NCBI GenBank assembly: GCA_039803205.1
Contig: JBDRYB010000015.1
Span: 1 to 47,845 of the forward strand
Source: a candidate division WOR-3 bacterium
GTDB taxonomy: Bacteria; Hydrothermota; Hydrothermia; JBDRYB01
Reading direction: 5' to 3'
Length of the DNA: 47,845 bases
A program made the position numbers and the translations under genes. This document shows, piece after piece, positions 38,142-47,422 of this stretch (positions are counted from its first letter, which is position 1; each line of letters begins with the position of its first letter). The notes beneath the pieces are model-generated. The model saw only the letters and a program-made list of their open reading frames with translations. It made no database searches and was not told the origin of the DNA.

Positions 38142-39133
38142 TCGTCCCCCTTTGGATACCTGAGCCAGAAACTGTCTGTGAGCCTCGCTCCTCTGATGGG
38201 TCTTATCCGTGTGGTATCCCCTTTTACCGTAATCACGGTAGAGAAACCCCTACCGGAAAGGAGATAATCCCCCGGACCTATCTCACAGGTTGCAAGCCCA
38301 TCATTCCCAACTACGAGAACCGCTATGGTTCTAAGCGCACCGTAATTGAACACCGAAAGAGCAAGCGTGTCCCCGGGCCGGGATTCAACCAAAAGAACAG
38401 AGACATCCCTGTAATTCCTCGTAGAGTTTATCAGGGTGTAATCCGCCCCAGTCCTGTAAACATCGGGTCCAGAGGAATTACCCAGCCCAACCGAAAGAAC
38501 GAGGCCTGCGCGCCTGACTGGCCCCGAAAACCAAGCGGTGCAAAGGGAATCAGCTGGCTCGCAGCTTCCCGCGTATTTCCAAACCCCATTAACATAGACC
38601 TCTGTCCAGGAATGGTTTGACTCCGTGAAGGGCCACCAAGGCGTGTATGCTTGTCTCGCGGGGATCCCGACTGCCCTGAGGGCGCATATGTAGAATATGG
38701 TCATCTCCTCGCACCTTCCCCATCCAGATCGCCATGTCTCAAGAGGCCCCTGATCTCTTCTCTGATTAGGTTTATATTTTACCCGCTCGCCGCACCAGCG
38801 ATTGACTGCGATCGCCACCTCCTCGGGATCCTTTAGGCCGCAGACAACCGGCCGCAGGGAGTCCAGGAAAAACCCGCGCCAATCCTCGGGCGGCTCCTGG
38901 GATACTATTGGTGGAAGAACATATCTGAGGAACACCGAATCAGGGAGCTCGCGCGCCCAAAAAAATTCCTCCCGCGCCGCGAAAGCCAGCTCAATGTTCC
39001 TCATGAAAAGCCCCTGTCCCATCGCCTCAAGGAGTGAAGGGGGAAGGGCTCTCATTAGAAATTCAGCGGCCTCTTTTTTCTCAGGAGGAAGGGTGTCAGG
39101 AATAACGAAAAGCCCCAGCAAGAACGCGCTCAT
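38138..39133 (-). CDS. Transglutaminase-like cysteine protease domain protein
   Basis: FLRYVLPP..SQEP.EDWR, GWGRCEE, ALRAVGIPARQAYTPWW, NHSWTEVY and WKYAGSCEP. Confidence 0.85.
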   Translation of the reverse strand: MSAFLLGLFVIPDTLPPEKKEAAEFLMRALPPSLLEAMGQGLFMRNIELAFAAREEFFWARELPDSVFLRYVLPPIVSQEPPEDWRGFFLDSLRPVVCGLKDPEEVAIAVNRWCGERVKYKPNQRRDQGPLETWRSGWGRCEEMTIFYICALRAVGIPARQAYTPWWPFTESNHSWTEVYVNGVWKYAGSCEPADSLCTAWFSGPVRRAGLVLSVGLGNSSGPDVYRTGADYTLINSTRNYRDVSVLLVESRPGDTLALSVFNYGALRTIAVLVVGNDGLATCEIGPGDYLLSGRGFSTVITVKGDTTRIRPIRGARLTDSFWLRYPKGDE

Positions 39134-40542
39134 GTTTCTCTAGCTTCCTCTTTCCTGTAATAGTAAAGAGCGGCCACAAGCCCAGCGAGGCCCCAGAATG
39201 TCGTTCCGGCTATGTGCTCTATCCAGACCCAATAATAAACCGTCATCCCTATGAATGCTACAGCAGGAACCACGAGCGAGAAGACCATAGCCCTCTCGTC
39301 CCCATCTTTGGCCATCTTGAAGCAAGGGATAATGAGACAGGCCGCGCATATTGCCATTGCGGCATATAAAATCACGCCTAGATAGCCCGTCTCGTAGAGA
39401 GAGACGGGTAGCTGGGTTGTCAGAGCCGCAAACGATCCCTTCCTGGCCGCAAAAGATACGAATTTGCTGAGCACGACCGAACCCAGGCCATAACCCATGA
39501 TGAGGCCCGGCAAACCCTTTACGACGAGGTAGGAATGCGCTATCTTCGGTGCAACGAAACGCCCAACATGCGCTACCGCGTAGACCCTTTCCTGATTGTA
39601 TATACCCCAAATAAAAGTCCTGTAAAGGATGTGATAAAGATTGTTCAGCATGGGCACGAAAGCAACTCCTGCGGCCAGAGAGATCACGGTTACAAGTGCC
39701 CCAGAAAACCCCTTCCTGATCACGGGTAATGGGTTTTCTTTGGAGACAGCGGAGAGTATGATGGGAGAAATAAGGAGTATGAACGCGAGGACCGGGTAAA
39801 AGTAAAATACAGCCCTTATGCCGCTCATCACGGGTATCACGAGAAATACCCCGCAGATCAGAATGAGCGAGAGCAGGTTGATCCTCTTGGTGTAGAGGTA
39901 TAGCCCATAGATAAAGCCTGTGGCCCAGAGCAATATGAATGTCAGCTCAGGCCCGCCAGGGGTAAAACCCCTCACGAGGTCGCTCATGCCATAGACGCGA
40001 TAGTTCCAGAGCGCCACGAGGGCCTGGGCACAGGCAAGGGCGAAGAAGAACCAGAAGCCTCGTTTTACGGTCTGGGGTTCAAGATTGAGGTTGGCAAGGG
40101 AATAAAAGAAGAGGATAAAGAGCCCCATGTGTCTCAGTTTCAAAAGAAAGTTCAACAATGGAATATGATTCATTGAGGCTGAAAAGCTAACCAAAATAAG
40201 CCAGGCAAGCCCTGGAATGAAGGCGGGGGTAAAATTGAAGCGCCCCTCTGCTGCCTTTGAAAGAAGAGCCCTTATGAAGAGGGCAATTATCAGGATGTCC
40301 ATTATGCGTCTAGATGCATCCAGGTTTGGGAGGAGCTGCCTAATGAAATCATGGTATATTATGGAGAAGAAAAATACCAGGAATATCGTTATCTTTGGAT
40401 TAAGGAAGGCCAAGACCAAAACGGGCAAGCCTATTACTATGGCAACCAAGAGATCATCTCCTGTGGATACGCCAGCCCCTCCCACAACCGCGAACCCAGC
40501 CAAGGCCACGCCAAGAAGCACTCTGATCCACTTATCTTTCAT
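39130..40542 (-). CDS. Wzy/O-antigen ligase-like multi-TM protein
   Basis: Many TM segments, MSGIRA, GYGLGS and LYETGYLG motifs typical of the Wzy_C/WaaL region; directly downstream of a glycosyltransferase with an ATGA overlap. Confidence 0.65.
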   Translation of the reverse strand: MKDKWIRVLLGVALAGFAVVGGAGVSTGDDLLVAIVIGLPVLVLAFLNPKITIFLVFFFSIIYHDFIRQLLPNLDASRRIMDILIIALFIRALLSKAAEGRFNFTPAFIPGLAWLILVSFSASMNHIPLLNFLLKLRHMGLFILFFYSLANLNLEPQTVKRGFWFFFALACAQALVALWNYRVYGMSDLVRGFTPGGPELTFILLWATGFIYGLYLYTKRINLLSLILICGVFLVIPVMSGIRAVFYFYPVLAFILLISPIILSAVSKENPLPVIRKGFSGALVTVISLAAGVAFVPMLNNLYHILYRTFIWGIYNQERVYAVAHVGRFVAPKIAHSYLVVKGLPGLIMGYGLGSVVLSKFVSFAARKGSFAALTTQLPVSLYETGYLGVILYAAMAICAACLIIPCFKMAKDGDERAMVFSLVVPAVAFIGMTVYYWVWIEHIAGTTFWGLAGLVAALYYYRKEEARET

Positions 40543-41645
40543 ATCTGGCTGATAAATCCCAAAAGCCTCTCTGCCTGAACAGAGAAGGAATAACCACAAG
40601 CCAAAGCTCTTCCGCCTCTCGCGTCTACAGAGCCCGCATTTAGAGCCATCCTGAAAGCGGCATCAAGGCCATCCGGACCCTGAGCCTTGAACCAGAAACC
40701 TTTAGAATCCAGAACCTCCCTAAGAGGGGGCACATCTGTCCCCACTATGGGTTTTTCCATGGCCAGGGCCTCCAAAAGCTTAACTGGGCAACTCGTATCA
40801 ATCACGGGCGTCCTCAAAAAAGGTATGACAACGAAATCCGAGGCCGCAAGCAGAGAGGGAACATCCTCGTGCGCCACAGGAGGGATAACCCTCACGAGAG
40901 AGCCTCCCTCTTGCTTTATTCTCTCCTTGAGCTCGCCATCCCCCGCGAACACCAGGATGGCGTTATCGGGCCTTGCCCTCACGAAAGCCCTCACGGATTC
41001 AAGGAGTCCCCTCCCTCGGGAACTCAGAGCACCGTGATAAAGGAAAACCTTCTCTTCTTCAAAACCCCAACGCTTTCTCTCGGCCTCGCGATCGTATCTT
41101 GATGGGTCAAAGACCTCAGGATCAACCCCTGATCCCCATACCCCAACAGACAGCCCACGCAGTTCCCTCCTCAGGAATCTCGCCATGGCTGGGGTTATCA
41201 CGGTCGCGCCTGAGAAGAAGGCTCTCGCGAGAAAAAGCCCGATCCTGAATAAAACCCTGTCAAGAGCAAAGAATACGCGTCCCCTTTCAACTGGAAGGGT
41301 TCTCACATCCAAGATGACCCTATACTTACAAAGACCCCACCTGGCCAGTAGGGCAAATGGCAAAGCCGAAAGGGCCATGTATGGTTCCGCAATGATCGCA
41401 TCCCCAGGCGCCGCGTGCCGAAAGAGGGCAAGCCACGCGGAGACAGCCTGGCAGATGTGGTTCACGAAAGGCAGAGGGGATGAACGGATGTATATGACCG
41501 GAGAACGGTTATCTTTGACCCGCCGGTGGCCCGTAATCAGGAACATAGGGTTACCAGTTCTCGTTACGGCCTCGGCCATGCGAACCAAAGCCCCCCGATC
41601 CATCCTCTCATCCAGGTATCCCCTGAAGACCCAAAGAATTCGCAA
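40539..41645 (-). CDS. Glycosyltransferase family 4
   Basis: SGVDPEVFDP, FLYHGAL, FAGDGE and PVKLLEALAMEKPIVGTDV. The TTG 41645 start is inferred. Confidence 0.9.
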   Translation of the reverse strand: MRILWVFRGYLDERMDRGALVRMAEAVTRTGNPMFLITGHRRVKDNRSPVIYIRSSPLPFVNHICQAVSAWLALFRHAAPGDAIIAEPYMALSALPFALLARWGLCKYRVILDVRTLPVERGRVFFALDRVLFRIGLFLARAFFSGATVITPAMARFLRRELRGLSVGVWGSGVDPEVFDPSRYDREAERKRWGFEEEKVFLYHGALSSRGRGLLESVRAFVRARPDNAILVFAGDGELKERIKQEGGSLVRVIPPVAHEDVPSLLAASDFVVIPFLRTPVIDTSCPVKLLEALAMEKPIVGTDVPPLREVLDSKGFWFKAQGPDGLDAAFRMALNAGSVDARGGRALACGYSFSVQAERLLGFISQI

Positions 41646-41683
41646 GGGAGTAAATGTTAAGCTAAGCCTCCGTATCTGAGCAA
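41646..41683 (-). promoter_or_regulatory. Putative short-leader promoter of the GT4 operon
   Basis: On the minus strand: TTGCTC (41683-41678), N18, TAACAT (41659-41654), N8, TTG (41645). Confidence 0.5.
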
Positions 41684-41733
41684 CCCCTGAGCCATTGCCC
41701 CTTGAAAATCCATCCAAAAACCCTTAATATAAG

Positions 41734-41769
41734 TTGCGCGGACACAGGGAAGGAGGCTAGAATTTGAGC
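41734..41769 (+). promoter_or_regulatory. Putative leaderless promoter of purD
   Basis: TTGCGC (41734-41739), N18, TAGAAT (41758-41763), N6, ATG (41770). Confidence 0.55.
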
Positions 41770-43044
41770 ATGAAGGTTCTTCTGGTAGGCTCGGGGGGCA
41801 GGGAGCACGCTATTGCGTGGAAAATAGCCCAATCCCCTCTTTTGGGAGAGCTCATAATGGCTCCGGGGAACCCCGGCATGTCCAGTTTGGGACGATGTGT
41901 TCCCATCCCTCCTGTGAACATACCTGAGCTCGTCGCGCTCGCCCACGCGGAGAAGGTTGATCTGGTCGTCGTTGGCCCGGAAAACCCTATAGCCTTGGGG
42001 ATAACCAACCGGCTTGAGAAGCTTGGGATACCGGTCTTCGCGCCCCGCTCGGATGCGGCCCAACTTGAGGCCTCAAAGGTCTGGGCAAAGAGCTTCATGC
42101 GCAGGAACAGAATACCCACCGCGGACTTTGAGGTCTTCTCGGAATACGATGAGGCAAAGGAGCATGTTTATTCGGTCCGGGAATACCCCTGCGTCATCAA
42201 GGCAGACGGCCTTGCTGGGGGCAAGGGGGTATTCGTGGCCAAAAACAGAGCCGAGGCGCTCCTCGCGCTGGATACGATAATGATCAAGTCCAAATTCGGC
42301 GCGGCTGGGCGCGAGATCGTGGTTGAGGATTTTCTGAAGGGACGAGAGCTCTCGGTTTTCGTCGCGTCTGACGGCTTCACCCACAGGTTTATAGGCTGGG
42401 CTGTTGATTACAAGCCCCTGCTTGATGGTGACCAGGGTCCCAATACGGGCGGCATGGGGACCGTATCGCCCGTGCCCTTCCTGGGCCCGGATGATCTCGC
42501 TCGGATAGAGAACGAGGTCATCCGACCAACATTTGATGGTCTAAGGAAGGAGGGGCTTCTCTACAAGGGCATACTCTACTTTGGGCTCATGTGGACGAGC
42601 GAAGGGCCTTATGTTCTGGAGTATAATGTCAGGATGGGGGACCCCGAAGCCCAGGCAGTGCTTCCCCTGATGAAAAATGATTTTCTGGAGATATGCGTGG
42701 CTGGGGTAAGGGAATCCATGCCCCAAATAGATCTCATGCCCCCTGAAGGTGCTTCATGTTGCGTTGTTCTTGCCTCAGAGGGGTATCCGGATTCCCCAGT
42801 GACGGGGCGCGTGATAAGGGGGGCTGAAATTTCCTCGCAAATTCCGAATGTCCTCATATTCCACTCAGGAACCAAGGAAGAGGGAGGGAAGCTTCTCACG
42901 GCTGGAGGAAGGGTTTTCTCGGTTGTTGGCCTCGGCAAGGACATAGAGGAGGCCAGGGCCAGGGCATATGAGGCTATCTCCAAGATCAGCTTTGAGGGTA
43001 TGATTTACAGAAAGGACATAGGCTCACCAGGGAGATTCCAATAA
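41770..43044 (+). CDS. purD: Phosphoribosylamine--glycine ligase
   Basis: MKVLLVGSGGREHA, VVGPE, KADGLAGGKGV, GPNTGGMG, EYNVRMGDPE and YRKDIG. Confidence 0.97.
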   Translation: MKVLLVGSGGREHAIAWKIAQSPLLGELIMAPGNPGMSSLGRCVPIPPVNIPELVALAHAEKVDLVVVGPENPIALGITNRLEKLGIPVFAPRSDAAQLEASKVWAKSFMRRNRIPTADFEVFSEYDEAKEHVYSVREYPCVIKADGLAGGKGVFVAKNRAEALLALDTIMIKSKFGAAGREIVVEDFLKGRELSVFVASDGFTHRFIGWAVDYKPLLDGDQGPNTGGMGTVSPVPFLGPDDLARIENEVIRPTFDGLRKEGLLYKGILYFGLMWTSEGPYVLEYNVRMGDPEAQAVLPLMKNDFLEICVAGVRESMPQIDLMPPEGASCCVVLASEGYPDSPVTGRVIRGAEISSQIPNVLIFHSGTKEEGGKLLTAGGRVFSVVGLGKDIEEARARAYEAISKISFEGMIYRKDIGSPGRFQ

Positions 43045-43802
43045 TCCTGAACGCTCTTGTTCTTCTCGCAAGCGGCCTGGGCGCGGGGCTTTTGGGTTCG
43101 TGCCTTGGGGTCGGAGGAGGGGTGATCCTTGTTCCAATACTCACGATAATAACGGGCTCCCCGCATCAGGCGATAGGAACGAGCCTCGCGGCCATCATCG
43201 GGGTTCACGGCTCAGCCACCCTCTTTCACCTGAGAGAGGCATGGGTGGATATGAAAATCGCGTTCCTTTTAGGGTCTTCAATGGTCTTAGGGGCTATCAT
43301 AGGAGCAATAGCCGCGGGATTCGTCCCGGGGAAGGCTTTGGGTATCATGTTTGCGGGGGTTGCCCTCTATGTAGCCACAACCATGTTCCTGCCCGCGAGA
43401 AGGAAACCGGAAACCCAAAGCGACATGCTCACCGGGCCCAAAAGAAAACCCCTGGGCGTCTTGCTGGGTGGCTTTGTCGGCATGATATCCGGCATGCTCG
43501 GAATAGGGGGAGGCATAATGAATGTCCCTGTGATGCACCTGGTAATGGGAGTCCCGACCAAAAGGGCAATAGCAACCTCATCCTTTCTCATAGGGACCGC
43601 GGCTGGCCCCGGGGCCATCATATATCTAGCTAGGGGAGATGTCCTCATCCAGACCATACCCCCTGTTGTCATAGGAATAATAATCGGCGCTCTCGCTGGC
43701 GCCTGGATCGCCAGGCGCGCGAGGCCCCGTTGGCTCAGGGCGGCTTTCGGGATACTCCTCCTCTACACAGCGGCTCAGATGCTATGGAAAATCCTTACAT
43801 AA
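43041..43802 (+). CDS. TSUP family (TauE/SafE) sulfite exporter-like transporter
   Basis: GVGGGVILVP, AIGTSL, GMLGIGGGIMNVP and AIATS. The first TM helix extends upstream of TTG 43092 to an ATA at 43041; start uncertain. Confidence 0.88.
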   Translation: MILNALVLLASGLGAGLLGSCLGVGGGVILVPILTIITGSPHQAIGTSLAAIIGVHGSATLFHLREAWVDMKIAFLLGSSMVLGAIIGAIAAGFVPGKALGIMFAGVALYVATTMFLPARRKPETQSDMLTGPKRKPLGVLLGGFVGMISGMLGIGGGIMNVPVMHLVMGVPTKRAIATSSFLIGTAAGPGAIIYLARGDVLIQTIPPVVIGIIIGALAGAWIARRARPRWLRAAFGILLLYTAAQMLWKILT

Positions 43803-44044
43803 AACCCATGACAGTGGCCATGGGCGCGACGCTGGGCCTTTCGGTTGCCCTTATGGCTATTGGGATGGCATGGCACCCTGTCCTTTTCTGGGGCGTCGCT
43901 ACTCTGCTCGCTCTCCCAGCAATAGGGGTTATCTCGGCCATGTTCGGCTTCGCGAGGGTGGGGAATTGGCGCTATTTTTTCCTGGGATTACTCCTATTGG
44001 GGTTCATGTGCTTGTCCGCGATCCTCGGGTTTGCGAGGCCGTGA
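43784..44044 (+). CDS. Small membrane protein, DUF1634-like partner of the TSUP transporter
   Basis: Three hydrophobic segments; GVATLLALPAIGV...FARVGNWRY resembles the DUF1634 C-terminus; usual position after TSUP genes. Confidence 0.6.
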   Translation: MENPYIKPMTVAMGATLGLSVALMAIGMAWHPVLFWGVATLLALPAIGVISAMFGFARVGNWRYFFLGLLLLGFMCLSAILGFARP

Positions 44045-44066
44045 AAACCCGATCCTCCGGTAAGCC

Positions 44067-44091
44067 TAAGTTTCTCTAATCTCGCCACTTT
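44067..44091. repeat. Copy of the TAAGT-N15-ACTT(A/T) palindrome
   Basis: TAAGTttctctaatctcgccACTTT in a convergent intergenic gap. Confidence 0.45.
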
Positions 44092-44099
44092 TCTGATAG

Positions 44100-44672
44100 T
44101 TATCGCTTCTCCATCACCATTATCAGATGAACTTCCCACGCAATGCCTTTTGTCATCCTGAACCCAGCCTTCTCGTATACCCTTATTGCCGCATGGTTGT
44201 CCCGGTGCGGGGGAACTACGAGCACATCCAGGGATGTCCCATGCCTAAAGTAGTCAACCACGGCAACCATTGCTTCTGTCCCGTAGCCAGCCCCCCAAAA
44301 ATCCCTGGCCAGCTTCACATCGCATATACCTGCGTTTTTCCCAAAAGGGACTCTGAACCCCTCGCATGCCCATCCGGGCGGCAACTTCCCGATGCCCGAT
44401 TCCCCTATCCGCCTGCCATCCCTCAGACATATGATGAGATGAGTTTCCTCTGGAAAAAGATCGTCCGGGAACGACGGATGTAGCCTCGGCTGTTTCCCGA
44501 ACCAATCAATGATGTCGGGCCTTGACCAGTTAAGAATGCCACCCGCATATCGCATTATCTCAGGGTCATTCCAGAGAGATAACAGGAAATCCAGGTCCTC
44601 TTCGGCTAGGGGCCGCAGGGTTAGCCTCGGGGTATGAATTATGTTATTCCTCCTGCGGCACCCAGGAAGCAT
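44100..44672 (-). CDS. GNAT N-acetyltransferase, RimJ/RimL-like
   Basis: [19 protein letters not shown] and [14 protein letters not shown]. The true start may be ATA 44642. Confidence 0.88.
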   Translation of the reverse strand: MLPGCRRRNNIIHTPRLTLRPLAEEDLDFLLSLWNDPEIMRYAGGILNWSRPDIIDWFGKQPRLHPSFPDDLFPEETHLIICLRDGRRIGESGIGKLPPGWACEGFRVPFGKNAGICDVKLARDFWGAGYGTEAMVAVVDYFRHGTSLDVLVVPPHRDNHAAIRVYEKAGFRMTKGIAWEVHLIMVMEKR

Positions 44673-47070
44673 CTACGACCCTATCCCCCTCGGCCACCGT
44701 CATTATCCTTACACCCTGGGAATCCCTTCTGTATTCAGGAACCCCAGAGACATCTATCCGTGCGGAAACGCCTTTTTCCGTCAGGACAACCATCTGCCCT
44801 TCTTCCTCACACCTCATGAGCTTGACCAACTTGCCCGTCTTTTTGGTCACGCGCTGGACAACAACGCCCCTGCTCCCTCGCCCGAGGGGATGAAGCTGCA
44901 GCCTGCCGTCATCCTCCTGGTTGGGGTTAAAGCGTTTCCCACAGCCCTGCTCGGTTATGGTGAAGAGAATGGTGTCCTTCCCAACAGGCACCAGAGACAC
45001 AACGGGCGCGCCGCGGGTTCCCTTGACCGCTCCAGCCCTCCTTGACCTGGCGGGTATGTCCTTTAGCCTAAGCCGGACAGCCCTCCCATCCTCCTTTGCC
45101 ATAACTACATCCTCATCCGAAACCAAAACAGCATCAGCGACGCAATCTCCCTCCTTCAGGGTTATTATCGGGGTTCCCTTCCGGCCCCTGAGGACATCCG
45201 CGAAGCGCACCTTCTTGATGAGGCCGTTTCTCGTGCCAACAACGAGGAACTTATCTGAGTCCGTCTCAGGGTCAAAGACCAAGGCATCAACCACATACTC
45301 CTCCTCCTTCGTCTTGAAGAAGAGGCTTAGGGGCTTTCCCTTCGCGCCGAAGCCTGCCTGAGGCACCCTGTATGTCTTCATCCAATAGACCGCTCCGTTG
45401 TTCATTATCCACATGGTATATGAGTGGGTTGAGGCTATCTTCGTTGCTATTGGCCAATCGTCCTCATATGTGGAAAGGGTGTTCCTTCCCTGGACGCGGC
45501 GCCTGTTGGTTCTGTATTGACGGAGTGGAATCCGCTTTATGTAGCCCTCTTTTGTAACCAAGACAACCATGTCCTCTTCCTGGATGAGCTCCTCGGCCTC
45601 AAAATCGTCCTCCTCAGGGGCTATGCTCGTCCTTCTCTCGTCCCCAAACTTCCTCTTTATCTCCAGGAGCTCCTCCTTTATCACTGAGAGAAGGAGCTTT
45701 CTAGAGGCTAACAGGGAATTGTAGTATTCTATGTCCTTAAGAAGTCCCTCGTATTCAGCCCTTATCTTGCTTCCCTCAAGCCTGGTAAGCTGGGAAAGCC
45801 TCATATCCAAGATCGCCTTTGCCTGCGCCTCGGAGAAACCGAAATCCCTTATAAGGCTATCCTTTGCCTCAGAGGTCTCCTCAGATCTTCTTATTAATGC
45901 TATTATCTCGTCTATAATATCTAGTGCCTTCAGAAATCCCTCAAGGATGTGGGCCCTGGCCTGGGCTTTCGCGAGCCGGAACTTGGTGCGCCTGGTGACG
46001 ACATCCTCCCTGTGCGCCAAGAACCTCATCATCATCTCTCTGAGGGTCATGATCTTGGGCTGGAGGCCATCAAGCGCGAGCATTATGGCGCCGAATGTGG
46101 TCTGGAGCGCTGTGTGCTTGAACAGCTGGCGAACCAAAACCTCAGGGTCAAACCCCTTTTTAACCTCCACCACCAACCTCATTCCCTCCCTGTCGGATTC
46201 GTCCCTCAGATCCCCTATGCCCTCAATCCTCTTCTCCCGCACCAAGGCCGCTATCTGCTCTATTATGGCGGTTTTGTTGACCATGTATGGGATCTCGGTA
46301 AAGACTATTTCCAAAGGCTTCTTTGGCTTTTCTTCTATTCTGTATCTCGCCCTAACCACCACCCTTCCCTTTCCGGTCAAATACGCCTCCTTGATCCCCT
46401 TATCGCCGAGTATCACGCCTCCGGTTGGGAAATCAGGGCCCTTAACAATTGAGAGGAGCTTCTCCTCATGAAGCTCGGGGTCATCTATAAGCGCCACAAA
46501 ACCATCAACGAGCTCGGATATGTTGTGCGGCGGGATGTTCGTTGCCATGCCCACCGCTATGCCTGAGGAACCATTGGCGAGGAGGTTTGGAAACCCGGAT
46601 GGCAAGACAACCGGCTCCTGGAGCCTGCCGTCAAAGTTGGGAACGAAGTCAACGGTTTCCTGGTCTATGTCTGAGAGGAGCTCAGTTGCAACCCGTGAGA
46701 GTCTCGCTTCGGTGTATCGGTATGCCGCGGGGGGGTCCCCGTCTATAGACCCAAAGTTCCCCTGGCCCTGCACCAGGGGATACCGGAGAGAGAAATCCTG
46801 AGCCATGCGAACGAGGGCATCGTAAACCGCGGCGTCACCGTGGGGGTGATACTTGCCTATGACCTCGCCCACGACGGTCGCTGATTTCCTGAAGGGTTTA
46901 TCGGGCGTGAGCCCGAGCTCGCGGAGGGCGAAGAGTATGCGCCTCTGGACAGGTTTCAGGCCATCCCGGACATCCGGAAGCGCGCGCCCGGCTATCACGC
47001 TCATCGCGTAATCCAGGTATGAGGTGCGCAGTTCATCGGTTATTGGGGAAGGGATTATCTGCTCAGGCAC
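44644..47070 (-). CDS. gyrA: Type IIA topoisomerase subunit A (GyrA/ParC family)
   Basis: [57 protein letters not shown] and a C-terminal pinwheel. Start moved to GTG 47070. The GyrA-box is degenerate, so parC cannot be excluded. Confidence 0.85.
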   Translation of the reverse strand: MPEQIIPSPITDELRTSYLDYAMSVIAGRALPDVRDGLKPVQRRILFALRELGLTPDKPFRKSATVVGEVIGKYHPHGDAAVYDALVRMAQDFSLRYPLVQGQGNFGSIDGDPPAAYRYTEARLSRVATELLSDIDQETVDFVPNFDGRLQEPVVLPSGFPNLLANGSSGIAVGMATNIPPHNISELVDGFVALIDDPELHEEKLLSIVKGPDFPTGGVILGDKGIKEAYLTGKGRVVVRARYRIEEKPKKPLEIVFTEIPYMVNKTAIIEQIAALVREKRIEGIGDLRDESDREGMRLVVEVKKGFDPEVLVRQLFKHTALQTTFGAIMLALDGLQPKIMTLREMMMRFLAHREDVVTRRTKFRLAKAQARAHILEGFLKALDIIDEIIALIRRSEETSEAKDSLIRDFGFSEAQAKAILDMRLSQLTRLEGSKIRAEYEGLLKDIEYYNSLLASRKLLLSVIKEELLEIKRKFGDERRTSIAPEEDDFEAEELIQEEDMVVLVTKEGYIKRIPLRQYRTNRRRVQGRNTLSTYEDDWPIATKIASTHSYTMWIMNNGAVYWMKTYRVPQAGFGAKGKPLSLFFKTKEEEYVVDALVFDPETDSDKFLVVGTRNGLIKKVRFADVLRGRKGTPIITLKEGDCVADAVLVSDEDVVMAKEDGRAVRLRLKDIPARSRRAGAVKGTRGAPVVSLVPVGKDTILFTITEQGCGKRFNPNQEDDGRLQLHPLGRGSRGVVVQRVTKKTGKLVKLMRCEEEGQMVVLTEKGVSARIDVSGVPEYRRDSQGVRIMTVAEGDRVVDASWVPQEE

Positions 47071-47106
47071 AAATAGATTATAAGGCAAAACCGCGCCGAG
47101 GATCAA
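47071..47106 (-). promoter_or_regulatory. Putative leaderless promoter of gyrA/parC
   Basis: On the minus strand: TTGATC (47106-47101), N18, TATAAT (47082-47077), N6, GTG (47070). Confidence 0.65.
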
Positions 47107-47422
47107 AAGCAAATGCTGGCCAGGCAAGGATTTTGCTCAGAACAAGGACTGGGTCTTTGACCTCTGGGGGATCAATTCCGGGAAACAGTATGTCCCAAAG
47201 CGTCGTAATGAGCACCTCTTGGTTCTGGAGAGGGTTCCCCTTCCTCAACCTTCTTTCTTATGATGCCCATGCCGCCTTGAACGGTCTGAGCTCCTCCTGC
47301 ACCAGTCCACCCTTCTCATCTTCCTCGGGTCCTGCTCCACTACTCATCCTCTTCCTCGAGTCCATGTTTGAGAAATCCCTATCCGGTTTGGAGATGCCCA
47401 GCTCCTCAACACAGAGCGCTAT

